A stretch of 64,000 nucleotides of DNA, from the NCBI GenBank assembly GCA_044223005.1, contig JBGAML010000003.1, positions 96,001 through 160,000 on the forward strand, in the 5' to 3' direction. Source of the stretch: Candidatus Eiseniibacteriota bacterium (GTDB lineage Bacteria > Eisenbacteria > RBG-16-71-46). This document shows, one piece after another, positions 41,031 through 54,560 of the stretch; position 1 is the first letter of the stretch; each line of letters opens with the position of its first letter. The notes beneath the pieces are model-generated. The model was not told the origin of the DNA. It searched no databases and was given only the letters and a program-made list of their open reading frames with translations. Position numbers and translations under genes: made by a program.

Positions 41031-42419
41031 TCAACGCAGCACGGGGAGGCGCGCGACGCGCCGTCCCGCACCGGTCGTGAGCGCGGCGAAGTACACGCCG
41101 CTCGGCGCGAGCGCGCCGCCGCCGTCGCGGCCGTCCCAGCGCACCACCGAATCGCCCGCGGGCAGCGGGCCATCGTGCAGCGTGCCGAGCCTGCGGCCGC
41201 TCACGTCGAACATCTCGACGCGTGCCGCCGCCGCGGCGGGCAGCGAGCAGCGCAGCAGCTGGCCACCGTCCGAGAGCGGCCCGCCCGAACGCGCGATCGC
41301 GAACGCTTCCGCCGCCGGCGCGCCCGGGACGTCGCTCGCGGGCACCGGGGAGGCGAGCGAGAAGTTGGGCGCGGTCGCCGACCACACCATGTCGTAGATC
41401 TCGACGCGGTGGCCCAGGCTGTTCACCACGGCGAAGTGGTCGCGGCCGCCGATCGTGAACGTCTCGGACCCGAACCAGGCATCGCTGATCGGGTCGCTGT
41501 TCGCCATGTCGTAGATGCGGTACTTGCCGCTCCAGAGCAGCGAATCCGCCGTCGGGCTCGGGGTCGTCCGGAAACCCAGCACGTGGCTCGAGTTGGTGGT
41601 CGCGAACATGTACCAGAGCGAGCCGTGCTGGAGCATGTGCAGCGATTCGCACCAGCCCCAGAAGTGCGCCGCGTCGGTGCACCAGAGCGGCATGAGGTCG
41701 GTCCACGGGCCCATCAGGTTCGTCGCCTGCGCGATGCCGCCGATCAGCTGGTCGCGGGCGTTCGCGGGCGTTCCCACGTAGTACATGAGCCAGCGGCCCG
41801 CCACGTTCGGGTCCTTCATCACGAACGCGTCGCGGAACTGGCAGCCTTCGAACGTCGACGAATCCGCCCACACCCACGGGACCTGCTTGCCGGTCAGCAC
41901 GGGCTGGTCGTAGCGGGTCCAGTTGACGAGGTCGGTGGACGTCGCGACGCCGATCTTCTGGTACGCGTTCCAGCCGTAGGGCACCCACGAGACGCCCGTG
42001 TAGAACATGTACCAGGTGGCGCCGTCCCGAACGACGTGCGGCGACCAGATGTGCAGGTTGTCCCACTTGCCCGGACGCGAGTGCAGGAAGCTGCCGAGCT
42101 GCGTCCACGTCTTGAGGTCGTAGGACACCGCGTGCCCGAGGTCGTTCTCCGTCGAATCGACGACGACGTCCGGGTTGTGGCGCATGTAGAACAGGTGATA
42201 GAGCCCGGCGTCGTCGCGGACGATGCTGAACTCCTTCGCCCAGATCGGGTACTCGGGCGACATCACTCCGGGCACGGGCAGCGTCGCGACGGCGGCGGGA
42301 GTCGCGGGCGTCGCATGCGCGGGTGCGGCTCCCGGCGGCAAGCCGGAGCAGGCGCACGCCAAGAGGAGGCCGGCGAGTCCGATGCGGAGAGAATGGGGAG
42401 CCGAGTGGGGGTCGCGCAC
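41031..42419 (-). CDS. Secreted five-bladed beta-propeller glycoside hydrolase (GH32/43-like) with FlgD/Ig-like C-terminal domain
   Basis: 'YHLFY', 'GHAVSYDLKTW', 'IWSPHV', 'YMFYTG', 'ATSTDLVNW', 'FRDAFV', 'WCES'; C-terminal 'WDGRD...SGVYF'. Confidence 0.75.
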   Translation of the reverse strand: MRDPHSAPHSLRIGLAGLLLACACSGLPPGAAPAHATPATPAAVATLPVPGVMSPEYPIWAKEFSIVRDDAGLYHLFYMRHNPDVVVDSTENDLGHAVSYDLKTWTQLGSFLHSRPGKWDNLHIWSPHVVRDGATWYMFYTGVSWVPYGWNAYQKIGVATSTDLVNWTRYDQPVLTGKQVPWVWADSSTFEGCQFRDAFVMKDPNVAGRWLMYYVGTPANARDQLIGGIAQATNLMGPWTDLMPLWCTDAAHFWGWCESLHMLQHGSLWYMFATTNSSHVLGFRTTPSPTADSLLWSGKYRIYDMANSDPISDAWFGSETFTIGGRDHFAVVNSLGHRVEIYDMVWSATAPNFSLASPVPASDVPGAPAAEAFAIARSGGPLSDGGQLLRCSLPAAAAARVEMFDVSGRRLGTLHDGPLPAGDSVVRWDGRDGGGALAPSGVYFAALTTGAGRRVARLPVLR

Positions 42420-42679
42420 GTTGTCGAGCAGCCGGCTGCGGCCGTCCGGAGAGAGGCCAGGGTCGAGTCGGCCGGCGGGGCAAGGGGGGGCGCCGGCCGA
42501 GTGGTTCCTGTGATCCTCTCAATTATGCACGGAACGGCGTCCCGGCCAAAACTCCTTTCCCCGGCCGCGCGAGCCGTGCAGACTGCCCCCCTCCACGTTC
42601 CCGGATCCATCCCCGGAGACGGTGCCGGCCGCGCCTTCCCTGCGCCCGTGCCTTCCGCTCCTCCCGCTCGGAGCCCCTC

Positions 42680-43003
42680 GTGAAAGCGTTCCAGGTCGAC
42701 GAACTCCTCGCCCGCCGTGCGGCGCACGGCCGGCCGTGGCTCGAGTTCCTGCGTGAGCGGACCATGAGCCTCGGCGTCTACACGCTCCCCGCGGGCGGGC
42801 CCGATCCGCAGCATCCCCACGGCGAGGACGAGGTGTACGTCGTCCTGAACGGCCGCGCGACGCTGCGGGTGGGGAAAGAGGAGCATCCGGTCGGCCCCGG
42901 TTCGGTGGTGTTCGTCCCCGCGCGCACGGAGCACGCGTTCCACTCGATCCTCGAGACGCTCGACGTGCTGGTGATGTTCGCGCCGCCGCGTTCGGGCAAC
43001 TGA
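42680..43003 (+). CDS. Cupin domain protein
   Basis: 'DPQHPHGEDEVYVV', 'FVPARTEHAFH'; GGAG SD + GTG. Confidence 0.85.
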   Translation: MKAFQVDELLARRAAHGRPWLEFLRERTMSLGVYTLPAGGPDPQHPHGEDEVYVVLNGRATLRVGKEEHPVGPGSVVFVPARTEHAFHSILETLDVLVMFAPPRSGN

Positions 43004-43118
43004 TCGCGGCCGGACGCGCATCCGGTCCGCGTGATCCGGCTGGACGAACGCGCATTGCGGCGGGTAGGTTGCGAGTGACCGCCTTCGGGCCCTCCTCCAC
43101 CTCTTCGCCGGAGCGCGC

Positions 43119-44459
43119 ATGAACTCCCTGCGCAACGAATCCGAGAGCGCCGCCGGGCTGGCCGTCGACGACCTGCTCGAGACCTGGCGACTCCTCGACA
43201 TCGAGGAGCGGCTCGAAGCATTCCTCGACCTCCCTCGTGAGGAGGCGGAGGACTTCTTCCTCGACCTGCGGGCGCGCGACGAGTACGAACTGATCCGCTC
43301 CATGCCGGCGGGCCAGCGCCGCTCGTGGATGCGGCTCCTGCCACCCGACGACGCGGTGGACGTGGTCCAGGAGGCCGAGGAGCCCGCGGAGCGCGACGAG
43401 CTGCTCGCGCTGCTCGACGACAAGACGCGCGTCGAGGTGCAGGCGCTGCTCGCGTACGCCGAGGACGACGCCGGCGGCCTGATGACGCCGGCCTACGCCC
43501 GCGTGCGCCCGGACATCACGGTGGACGAGGCGATCGCCTACCTGCGCCGGCAGGGGCGCGACCGGCTCGAGCACGTGAACTACGTCTACGTGCTCGAGGC
43601 CGACCAGAAGCTGCAGGGCATCGTGTCGCTGCGCGACCTCTTCACGGCGCCGTCGGGGAAGACGGTGCGCGACATTATGAGCAGCGATCTCGTCACGGCG
43701 CGCGAGGACATGGACCAGGAGGCGCTGGGGCGGCTGTTCGCCCAGTACGACCTCCAGGCCGTGCCCGTCGTGGACGCCGAAGGGCGCATGAAGGGCATCG
43801 TCACGGTCGACGACATCGTCGACGTGCTGCAGGAAGAGGCCACGGAGGACATCCAGAAGATCGGCGGTACGGAAGCCCTCGATGCGCCCTACCTCGAGAT
43901 CGGCCTGCCGCAGATGGTGGGCAAGCGCGTCGGCTGGCTGTCGGCGCTCTTCCTTTCCGAGATGCTCACCACCACCGCGATGAGCCGGTTCGAAGCCGAG
44001 ATCTCGCGCGCGGTCGTGCTCGCGGTCTTCATCCCGCTCATCATCTCGAGCGGCGGCAACTCGGGCTCGCAGGCCACGACGCTCGTGATCCGCGCCATGG
44101 CGCTGGGCGAGGTGAAGCTGCGCGACTGGTGGCGCGTCGTCCGCCGCGAACTCGCGAGCGGGCTCATGATGGGCGGCATCCTGGGCGCGATCGGGTTCTC
44201 GCGCGTGGCGCTCTGGCACGTGATCTTCAAGTCGTACGGCGCACACTGGCTGCTGGTGGGCGTCACGATCGGCACCAGCGTGCTGGGCGTGGTGACCTGG
44301 GGAACGCTGTCGGGCTCCATGCTGCCCTTCGTGCTCCGCCGCGTCGGGCTCGACCCCGCGAGCGCCTCGGCGCCGTTCGTCGCCACGCTCGTCGACGTGA
44401 CCGGCATCGTCATCTACTTCTCGATCGCCAGCCTCGTCCTCCGCGGCACGCTGCTGTAG
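43119..44459 (+). CDS. mgtE: Magnesium transporter MgtE
   Basis: 'AGGLMT', CBS pair, 'GIVTVDDIVDV', 'SSGGNSGSQA', 'DPASASAPFVATLVDVTG'. Confidence 0.95.
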   Translation: MNSLRNESESAAGLAVDDLLETWRLLDIEERLEAFLDLPREEAEDFFLDLRARDEYELIRSMPAGQRRSWMRLLPPDDAVDVVQEAEEPAERDELLALLDDKTRVEVQALLAYAEDDAGGLMTPAYARVRPDITVDEAIAYLRRQGRDRLEHVNYVYVLEADQKLQGIVSLRDLFTAPSGKTVRDIMSSDLVTAREDMDQEALGRLFAQYDLQAVPVVDAEGRMKGIVTVDDIVDVLQEEATEDIQKIGGTEALDAPYLEIGLPQMVGKRVGWLSALFLSEMLTTTAMSRFEAEISRAVVLAVFIPLIISSGGNSGSQATTLVIRAMALGEVKLRDWWRVVRRELASGLMMGGILGAIGFSRVALWHVIFKSYGAHWLLVGVTIGTSVLGVVTWGTLSGSMLPFVLRRVGLDPASASAPFVATLVDVTGIVIYFSIASLVLRGTLL

Positions 44460-44483
44460 CGGCCCGCGGGCGCGCGACGCCCG

Positions 44484-45890
44484 CTACGGCCGCGGTTGCG
44501 CGTCGAGCCAGCGCAGCGCTCTGGCCTCGTCGTCGAACGCGCCGTCCAGCTGCGCCTCGAACGCGCGCGCGAGCACTTCGCCCACGGCGGGCCCGGGCGT
44601 CCAGCCGCGCTCGATCAGGTGCCGGCCCAGGAGCAGCGGCCGCGGCGCCTCGTGGCGCAGGCGCAGCGCATCGGCGATCCGCAGCAGCTCGAGCAGCGTC
44701 TCCGGCGGCTCGGCCGGCAGCGGCGGCCGAGCCGCCGCGTCGGCGCGGATCACCACCGCGAGCCCGGAGATCGTCTCGGGATCGAGCCGGCGCGCGAGCC
44801 TCCGCACCGCGCGCTCGCTCGCCGACTGCAGGTGCGTCATGTGGTTCACGACGAGCGGGACGACCCGCTCGGAGGTCCAGCCCGGGGCGCCGATCCGCTC
44901 GAGGAACGCCGCCGCGAGCGGGCCGCCGGCCACGTCGTGGCCCGGCGAGACGATGCGCTCGGCGCCGCCGCGCACCTCGCGAGACGTCGTGGAGGGCTTG
45001 CCCGCGTCGTGCAGCAGCACGGCCAGCGACCACGCGATGCGCGAGGGCTCGTCCGCCTCGCGCCACACCGGGTCGCGCACCAGCTGGTCGAGCGCCAGCC
45101 CCGTGTGCGTCCAGACGTCGCCCTCGGGGTGCCACGCCGGGTCCTGCGGCGTGCCCACGAGCGCGGCCAGTTCGGGGAAGTGCGCGAGCCAGCCCGTCTG
45201 CTCGAGCACGCGCAGGCCGGCCGAGGGCCGCACGGCGCGCGCCGCCCACTTGAACCACTCCTCGCGCACGCGCTCGCGCGCGAGCTCGCCGTAGCGATCC
45301 GCGATCGAACGCGCGAGTGCCGCGGTCTCGGGCGCGAGCGCCAGGTCGAACCGCGCCGCGAGCTGCATCGCGCGCAGCACGCGCAGCGGGTCCTCAGGGA
45401 ACGCCGGGCTCGTGTGCCGCAGCACGCGGGCGCGCAGGTCGGCGAGCCCGCCGTGGTGGTCGAGCACCTCGCCGCGGCGCGGATCCCAGAGCAGTGCGTT
45501 GAGCGTGAAGTCGCGCCGCGCGGCCGCCTCGGCCATGGGCAGCTCGGGATCGGTCTCGATCGCGAACCCGCGGTGTCCTTCGCCCGTCCGGGAGTCGCGG
45601 CGCGGGAGCGAGAAGTCGGCCCACTCGTTCCCGCCCAGCGGCAGGCGCACGACGCCGAACGCACGGCCGACCTCGTCGGTCGCGCCGAACGGCGCGAGCG
45701 CGGCGGCGAGCTCGCCCGCGCGCAGCCCCCACACCTCGACGTCGACGTCCTTCACCGGCCGGCCCAGCAGCGCATCGCGCACGCTGCCGCCGACCACGAA
45801 CGCGCGGGCGAACGCGGGCCCGGAATCGAGCACGCGGCGGAGCGATTCGGGCAGTTCGATCGTGAGCGGCTGTACGACGGGTTCAGGCAC
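44484..45890 (-). CDS. CCA-adding/poly(A) polymerase family nucleotidyltransferase with HD domain
   Basis: 'VGGSVRDALLG..KDVDVE', 'RRDFTLNA', 'EDPLRVLRA', 'WHPEGDVWTH', 'LLHDAGK'. Confidence 0.9.
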   Translation of the reverse strand: MPEPVVQPLTIELPESLRRVLDSGPAFARAFVVGGSVRDALLGRPVKDVDVEVWGLRAGELAAALAPFGATDEVGRAFGVVRLPLGGNEWADFSLPRRDSRTGEGHRGFAIETDPELPMAEAAARRDFTLNALLWDPRRGEVLDHHGGLADLRARVLRHTSPAFPEDPLRVLRAMQLAARFDLALAPETAALARSIADRYGELARERVREEWFKWAARAVRPSAGLRVLEQTGWLAHFPELAALVGTPQDPAWHPEGDVWTHTGLALDQLVRDPVWREADEPSRIAWSLAVLLHDAGKPSTTSREVRGGAERIVSPGHDVAGGPLAAAFLERIGAPGWTSERVVPLVVNHMTHLQSASERAVRRLARRLDPETISGLAVVIRADAAARPPLPAEPPETLLELLRIADALRLRHEAPRPLLLGRHLIERGWTPGPAVGEVLARAFEAQLDGAFDDEARALRWLDAQPRP

Positions 45891-45977
45891 GGCGCGGGCC
45901 TCCGGTGGGACTGGTTCACGCTAGCCGGACACGGCCGCGACGGCCAGTCGGACGCGTTCCGGCCGCGCGATCCGGGC

Positions 45978-46006
45978 TTGAACCACGCGGCCGCATCCCC
46001 TAGATT
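45978..46006 (+). promoter_or_regulatory. Candidate sigma70 promoter of the pyr operon
   Basis: TTGAAC-17 nt-TAGATT. Confidence 0.65.
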
Positions 46007-46031
46007 TCTCTGCGGTCCGACACACCTGTCA

Positions 46032-46062
46032 CCTTTAAAGGGTCCCCGCGAGGGCCCGAAGG
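46032..46062 (+). promoter_or_regulatory. PyrR-binding RNA element upstream of pyrB
   Basis: CCTTTAAA-GGGTCCCCGCGAGGGCCC-GAAGG: CUUUAA bulge plus UCC..GNGAGG apical hairpin; pyrR is present in the window. Confidence 0.75.
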
Positions 46063-46071
46063 GAGGAACGG

Positions 46072-47076
46072 ATGACGCTGTCCGAAGCTGCCGTGCATGC
46101 CCCGGCGCCCAACGGCGCGGGGGTTTTTTCTATCCGTCCGGCTGCTGAAGAACGGCACCTGCTCGGCCTCGAGGGCATGACCCGCGACGCCCTGCTGGAT
46201 CTGCTCGAGGACGCCGCCCTCGAGCGCGAATGGCTCCGCTCCGGAGCCCCCAACCGCGACGACCTCGCGGGCTGCACCGTCACACTGGCGTTCATCGAGG
46301 ACTCGACGCGCACGCGCTCGAGCTTCGAGATCGCGGCGAGAAGGCTCGGCGCCAACGTGCTCACGTTCAGCGCCTCGGCCTCCTCGCTCAACAAGGGAGA
46401 GACGCTGCTCGACACGATGAAGCTCTTCGAGGCCATGGGTTCGCAGCTGCTCGTGATCCGGCACGGCATGTCGGGCGCCGCCGCCTACCTGGCGCGGCAC
46501 CTGCGGCGCGTCGGCGTGCTCAACGCCGGCGACGGCATGCACGAGCACCCGACGCAGGGGCTCCTGGACCTGCTCACGCTGCGCGACGCGTGGGGCGGCC
46601 GCTTCGAGGGACGCCGGCTCGCGATCGTGGGCGACCTCGCGCACTCGCGCGTGGCGCGCTCGGCGATCGCCGGGCTCGCGACGCTGGGCGCCGACGTCAC
46701 CGTGTGCGGGCCCGGTACGTTGCTGCCCGCGGACGTCGAGCTGCTCGGCTGCTCGGTGGCGGGCACGGTCGAGGAAGCGCTCTCGGGCGCCGACGGCGTG
46801 ATGGCGCTGCGCATCCAGAAGGAGCGCATGGAGAAGGGCCTGCTGCCCTCGCTCGGCGAATACTCGCGCGAGTGGGGCATCGACGCCGAGCGCGTCGAGC
46901 GCATGAAGCCCGGCGCGGTCGTGATGCATCCCGGCCCGGTGAACCGCGGCGTCGAGCTGGATCCGGCGGTCGCCGACTCGGGACGCTCGGTGATCCTCGA
47001 CCAGGTCGAAAACGGCGTGGCCGCCCGGTGCGCCGCGCTCAAGCGCTGCTGGCACGCGCTGAAGGAGGCCGCGTGA
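46072..47076 (+). CDS. pyrB: Aspartate carbamoyltransferase catalytic subunit
   Basis: 'FIEDSTRTRSSFE', 'KGETLLDT', 'NAGDGMHEHPTQGLLD', 'MHPGPVNRG'. Confidence 0.95.
   Translation: MTLSEAAVHAPAPNGAGVFSIRPAAEERHLLGLEGMTRDALLDLLEDAALEREWLRSGAPNRDDLAGCTVTLAFIEDSTRTRSSFEIAARRLGANVLTFSASASSLNKGETLLDTMKLFEAMGSQLLVIRHGMSGAAAYLARHLRRVGVLNAGDGMHEHPTQGLLDLLTLRDAWGGRFEGRRLAIVGDLAHSRVARSAIAGLATLGADVTVCGPGTLLPADVELLGCSVAGTVEEALSGADGVMALRIQKERMEKGLLPSLGEYSREWGIDAERVERMKPGAVVMHPGPVNRGVELDPAVADSGRSVILDQVENGVAARCAALKRCWHALKEAA
46099..46129 (+). terminator. Intrinsic terminator (attenuator) within the first ~20 codons of pyrB
   Basis: GCCCCGGCGCC-CAAC-GGCGCGGGGG then TTTTTT, a rare T run in this GC-rich DNA. 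Confidence 0.7.
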
Positions 47077-48386
47077 GCACGCTGACGCTGTTCCGGAACG
47101 TGATCCACTGGCGGACCGGCGAGCGCGTCACGGTCGCGGTCGAGGACGGCGTGATCGTGCCGCTGCCGCGCGAGGGTCAGGCGCAGGCGCGCGTGATCGA
47201 GCGCCCGGGCGCCGTGCTGGCGCCGGGGCTCGTGGACCTGCACGTCCACCTGCGCGAGCCGGGACAGGGCGCCAAGGAGACGATCGAGACCGGGACGCGT
47301 GCGGCCGCCGCGGGCGGCTTCACCAGCGTCGCGTGCATGCCGAACACGGTGCCGGTCGTGGACACGCCGGCGTGGGTCGAGTGGATCCGCCACCGCGCCG
47401 AGGGCGCGTCGGCGCGCGTGCTGCCGATCGCCGCCGTGACGCAGGGTCAGAAGGGCGAGCAGCTCGCGCCGCTGCAGGCCATGGCGCGCGCGGGCGCGGT
47501 CGCGTTCTCCGACGACGGCCACCCGGTTGCGAGCGCGGCCGTGATGCGCCGCGCGCTCGAGTACGCGCGTTCCACCGGACGGCCGATCGTCTGCCACGAA
47601 GAAGATCCCGAGCTCAAGGGCGAGGGCGTCATGAACGAGGGCTTCACCGCGACGCGGCTCGGCCTGCGCGGCATTCCCAACGCCGCCGAGAGCGTGATGG
47701 TGCGCCGCGACGTCGACCTCGCCGAGCTGACGGGCGCGCGCGTGCACCTCGCGCACCTCTCGACGGCCCAGGGCTTCGATGCGCTGCGCGACGCGCGCCG
47801 CCGCGGCCTGCCCGTGACGGGAGAGACCTGCCCGCACTACTGGGTGCTGACCGACGAAGCGGTGGGCGACTACGACACGAACGCCAAGATGAACCCGCCG
47901 CTGCGCAGCGACGCCGATCGCGAGGCCTGCATCGCCGCGATCGTCGACGGCACGATCGACTGCTTCGTCACCGACCACGCGCCGCACACCGCCGACGAGA
48001 AGGCGCGCCCGTTCGCCGAGGCGCCGTTCGGCATCGTCGGGCTGGAGACCGCACTCGCGCTCACGCTCACGTTTCTCGTGCGCCCGGGGCACCTCACGCT
48101 GGCGCAGGCGATCGAACGCTGGACCGACGCGCCGCGCCGCATCTTCGGGCTGCCGGTGGTGGACCTCGAGCCGGGCTCGGCCGCGGACCTCGTGCTGTTC
48201 GACCCCGAGGCCGAGTGGAACGTGCGTCCGGAGAACTTCCGCAGCAAGGGCCGCAACACGCCGTTCGCGGGCTGGACGCTGCACGGCCGCGTGCTCGCGA
48301 CGATGATGGACGGCCGCCTCACGCACCAGGCACACGATCTCGAGATCGGCGACGAGACGATCGTGTCGGTGGAGGGAACGCGTTGA
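47073..48386 (+). CDS. pyrC: Dihydroorotase
   Basis: 'PGLVDLHVHLREPG', 'AAAGGFT...MPNT', 'KMNPPLR', 'TDHAPH', 'SKGRNTPF'. Confidence 0.93.
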   Translation: MSTLTLFRNVIHWRTGERVTVAVEDGVIVPLPREGQAQARVIERPGAVLAPGLVDLHVHLREPGQGAKETIETGTRAAAAGGFTSVACMPNTVPVVDTPAWVEWIRHRAEGASARVLPIAAVTQGQKGEQLAPLQAMARAGAVAFSDDGHPVASAAVMRRALEYARSTGRPIVCHEEDPELKGEGVMNEGFTATRLGLRGIPNAAESVMVRRDVDLAELTGARVHLAHLSTAQGFDALRDARRRGLPVTGETCPHYWVLTDEAVGDYDTNAKMNPPLRSDADREACIAAIVDGTIDCFVTDHAPHTADEKARPFAEAPFGIVGLETALALTLTFLVRPGHLTLAQAIERWTDAPRRIFGLPVVDLEPGSAADLVLFDPEAEWNVRPENFRSKGRNTPFAGWTLHGRVLATMMDGRLTHQAHDLEIGDETIVSVEGTR

Positions 48387-49536
48387 ACCGTCGACCCCCG
48401 GCGATGCTGGCGCTCGAGGACGGGCGTGTCTTCCGCGGCGAAGGGTTCGGTGCCGCCGGCGAGACGACGGGCGAGGTGGTGTTCAACACCGCCATGACCG
48501 GCTATCAGGAAGTGATGTCGGATCCGTCCTACTGCGGCCAGATCCTGACGTTCACGTACCCGCTCATCGGCAATTACGGCGTGAACGGCGAGGACTGGGA
48601 GAGTGACCGCCTGCGCGCGCAGGGCATGATCTGCCGCGACCTGTGCGAGGTGCCGAGCAACTGGCGCAGCACCGGCACGCTCACCGACCTGCTCGCCGAA
48701 CGCGGCGTGCCGGGTCTCTCGGGGATCGACACGCGCGCGCTGACGCGCCACCTGCGCGACCGCGGCACCATGCGCGGCTGCCTCTCCACCGTGTCGACGA
48801 ACGCCGACGAACTCGTGGAGAAGGCGCGCCAGAGCCCGCGCATGGAAGGCCTCGCGCTCGCCGACGTCGTCACGTGCGTCGAGCCCTACTGGTGGGGCGA
48901 GCACGGTGTCACCGAGGCCGAGCCCGTGCCCGACCGCGGCAAGCCGCTGGTCGTCGCGCTCGACTTCGGCGTGAAGTGGAACATCCTGCGCCGCCTGCGC
49001 GCCGAGGGTTTCCGCGTGCGCGTGGTGCCCGCGCGGACGACCGCGGCCGAGGTGCTGGCGATGGAGCCGGACGGCGTGCTGCTCTCCAACGGCCCCGGCG
49101 ACCCCGAGCCGCTCGACTTCGCGATCGTCGCCGCGCGCGAACTGACCCAGAAGCTGCCCACGCTCGGCATCTGCCTCGGGCACCAGCTGATCGGTCTCGC
49201 GTTCGGCGCGACCACGAGCAAGCTCAAGTTCGGCCACCGCGGCGCCAACCACCCGGTGATCGACCGGCGCTCGGGCGTCGTCGAGGTGACGAGCCAGAAC
49301 CACGGCTTCATGGTGAACGCGGACACGCTCCCCGAGGGCGAGTTCGAGCTCACGCACTTCAGCGGCAACGATGGCACGCTGGAAGGCATGGTGCACCGCT
49401 CGCTGCCCGTCTTCAGCTGCCAGTACCACCCCGAGGCCGCGCCCGGGCCGCACGATTCGCGCCCGTGGTTCCGCGTCTTCGCCGATGCGGTCGCGAAGCG
49501 CCGCCGCCGTCCGGTCGTCGCGGGAGGGACGCGCTG

Positions 49537-49537
<1 letters not shown>
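48383..49537 (+). CDS. carA: Carbamoyl-phosphate synthase small subunit
   Basis: '[19 protein letters not shown]', 'SNGPGDP', 'GICLGHQ', '[12 protein letters not shown]'. Confidence 0.96.
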
Positions 49538-52721
<3,184 letters not shown>

Positions 52722-52725
<4 letters not shown>

Positions 52726-54560
52726 AGTCTCGACGTTTCGCGTTCGTGCTGGTGGCCGCGGTCCTGTTCGCGGTGCTCGCCAGTTCGTGCGCGTACTACA
52801 ACACCTTCTACCTCGCCCGGAAGTACTACTTCCGCGCCACGGCGGGCGCTCCGTACGAGGTCGACCGCTCCGGAAGCGGCCAGTCGAACTCGTACACGAG
52901 CTCGATCGAGTACTCCAAGAAGGTGATCGCGCAGTACCCCAAGTCCAAGTGGGTCGATGACGCCTACCTGCTCTGGGCGCGCGCGCTGATCGGCCGTGAC
53001 GACCCGCTGCAGACGATCACCATGCTGCAGGACTTCGTGGACCGGTTCCCCAAGTCCGACCAGCGTGCCGAGGCGACGTTCTTCCTCGGGCTCGCGTACC
53101 GCAACGCCCGGCGCTACACGCAGGCGGTCGAGTCGTTCGACGACTTCCTCAAGATCGCGCCGCGGAACCCGCTCGTGCCGTACGCCTATCTCGAGCGCTC
53201 CCGCGCGCTTTCGTCGCTCGGCCGCTACGCCGAGGCCGCCGACGCGGCAGGGCTGCTGCTCGAGCGCTATCCGGGCCACGAGCTGGCCGATCGCGCCCGC
53301 CGGCAGCGCGCCGAGGCGCGGCTGCAGGACGGCAACTACGACGGCGCCCGCGCGGACTTCCACGACATCGGCCTGCGCGCGACCAGCGACCAGGAACGCT
53401 TCGAGTTCCTGATGCGCGAGGCGGACTGCCTCGAGGCCGCGCGCCAGTACGACGCCGAGCTCGAGCTGCTGCGCACCGAACTCGGCCACACGCCGCCGCC
53501 CCCGCCGCCCGCCGGCGTCGGGACGAGCTCGGCCGGCAACGTACTGCAGCCCGGCCAGACGGAATCCGTCGTGCAGCCCGGCGCGATGGGACAGCCGCGG
53601 CTCCAGTCGCAGCAGACGTCCTTCGTCGCCTCGGAATCGTACGGGCGGTTGACCATGCGCATCGGCACGGCCCTGCTGCTCTCGGGCCGCATCCCGGAAG
53701 CGCTGGCCCAGTACGACCACGTGATGAAGGACTACCCCAAGACCGTGCTCTCGGCCGAGGCGCAGTACCGCATCGGCTACGCCTACGAGACGGGCGCCGA
53801 GGACTTCGAGCGCGCGATGCTCGAGTACGGCCACGTGAAGGACCAGTACGGCTACACGCAGTTCACGCAGCAGGCGCAGCAGCGTTCCGACGATCTCGCC
53901 CGCATCATGCAGTTCCGGCACGGCAGCGGCGCGGACTCGCTCGAGAAGAAGGCCGAGGCCGGGTTCCTGACCGCCGAGCGCTACCTGTTCGAGCTCAAGA
54001 AGCCCGATCGCGCGCTCGAGGAATACGCCACCGTCGCGCGTACGTACCCGGGCACGGCGGTCGCGGCGCGGGCGCTCAACGCCGAGGCGTGGGTGATGTC
54101 GCGCAAGCTCGGCCGCAAGGAGAGCGCGGACTCGCTGTTCTGGAAAGTCGTGCGCGAATACCCGGCGACCGAAGCGCAACTCGCGGCCCGCGACTATCTC
54201 GAGCAGACCGGGCAGCGCGTCCCGGACAGCTTGATCGTGCCGCCCAAGCCGGCACCGCCTCCGCCGCCCGACACGACGCGCACGCTGACGCCGATCCCGT
54301 CCCGCACGCCGAGCCTGGGGATGGTGAACGCGACGCCCGATTCACTGCATCGCCCCGCGTACAACATGGTCGGTCCCGGGGGCGTGGCGCGGGATTCGCT
54401 CGGCCGCCCGCTGCCCAACGTCGGCCAGCCGCAGCGCCTCGGGGCGCCGGGCTTCCCGGCCGATTCCCTCGGCCGCCCGCGCGGGCTGTTCCCGCCACCC
54501 GCGTCGCTGCCGCCGTCGGTGCCGCCCGCCGACACGGCGCGCCAGGGGAGCACGCGTTGA
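52722..54560 (+). CDS. Tetratricopeptide-repeat lipoprotein; start CTG 52722 or GTG 52746
   Basis: Lipobox-like LASSC then 'AYYNTFY'; multiple TPR units ('[10 protein letters not shown]', '[12 protein letters not shown]'); Pro-rich tail. Confidence 0.8.
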
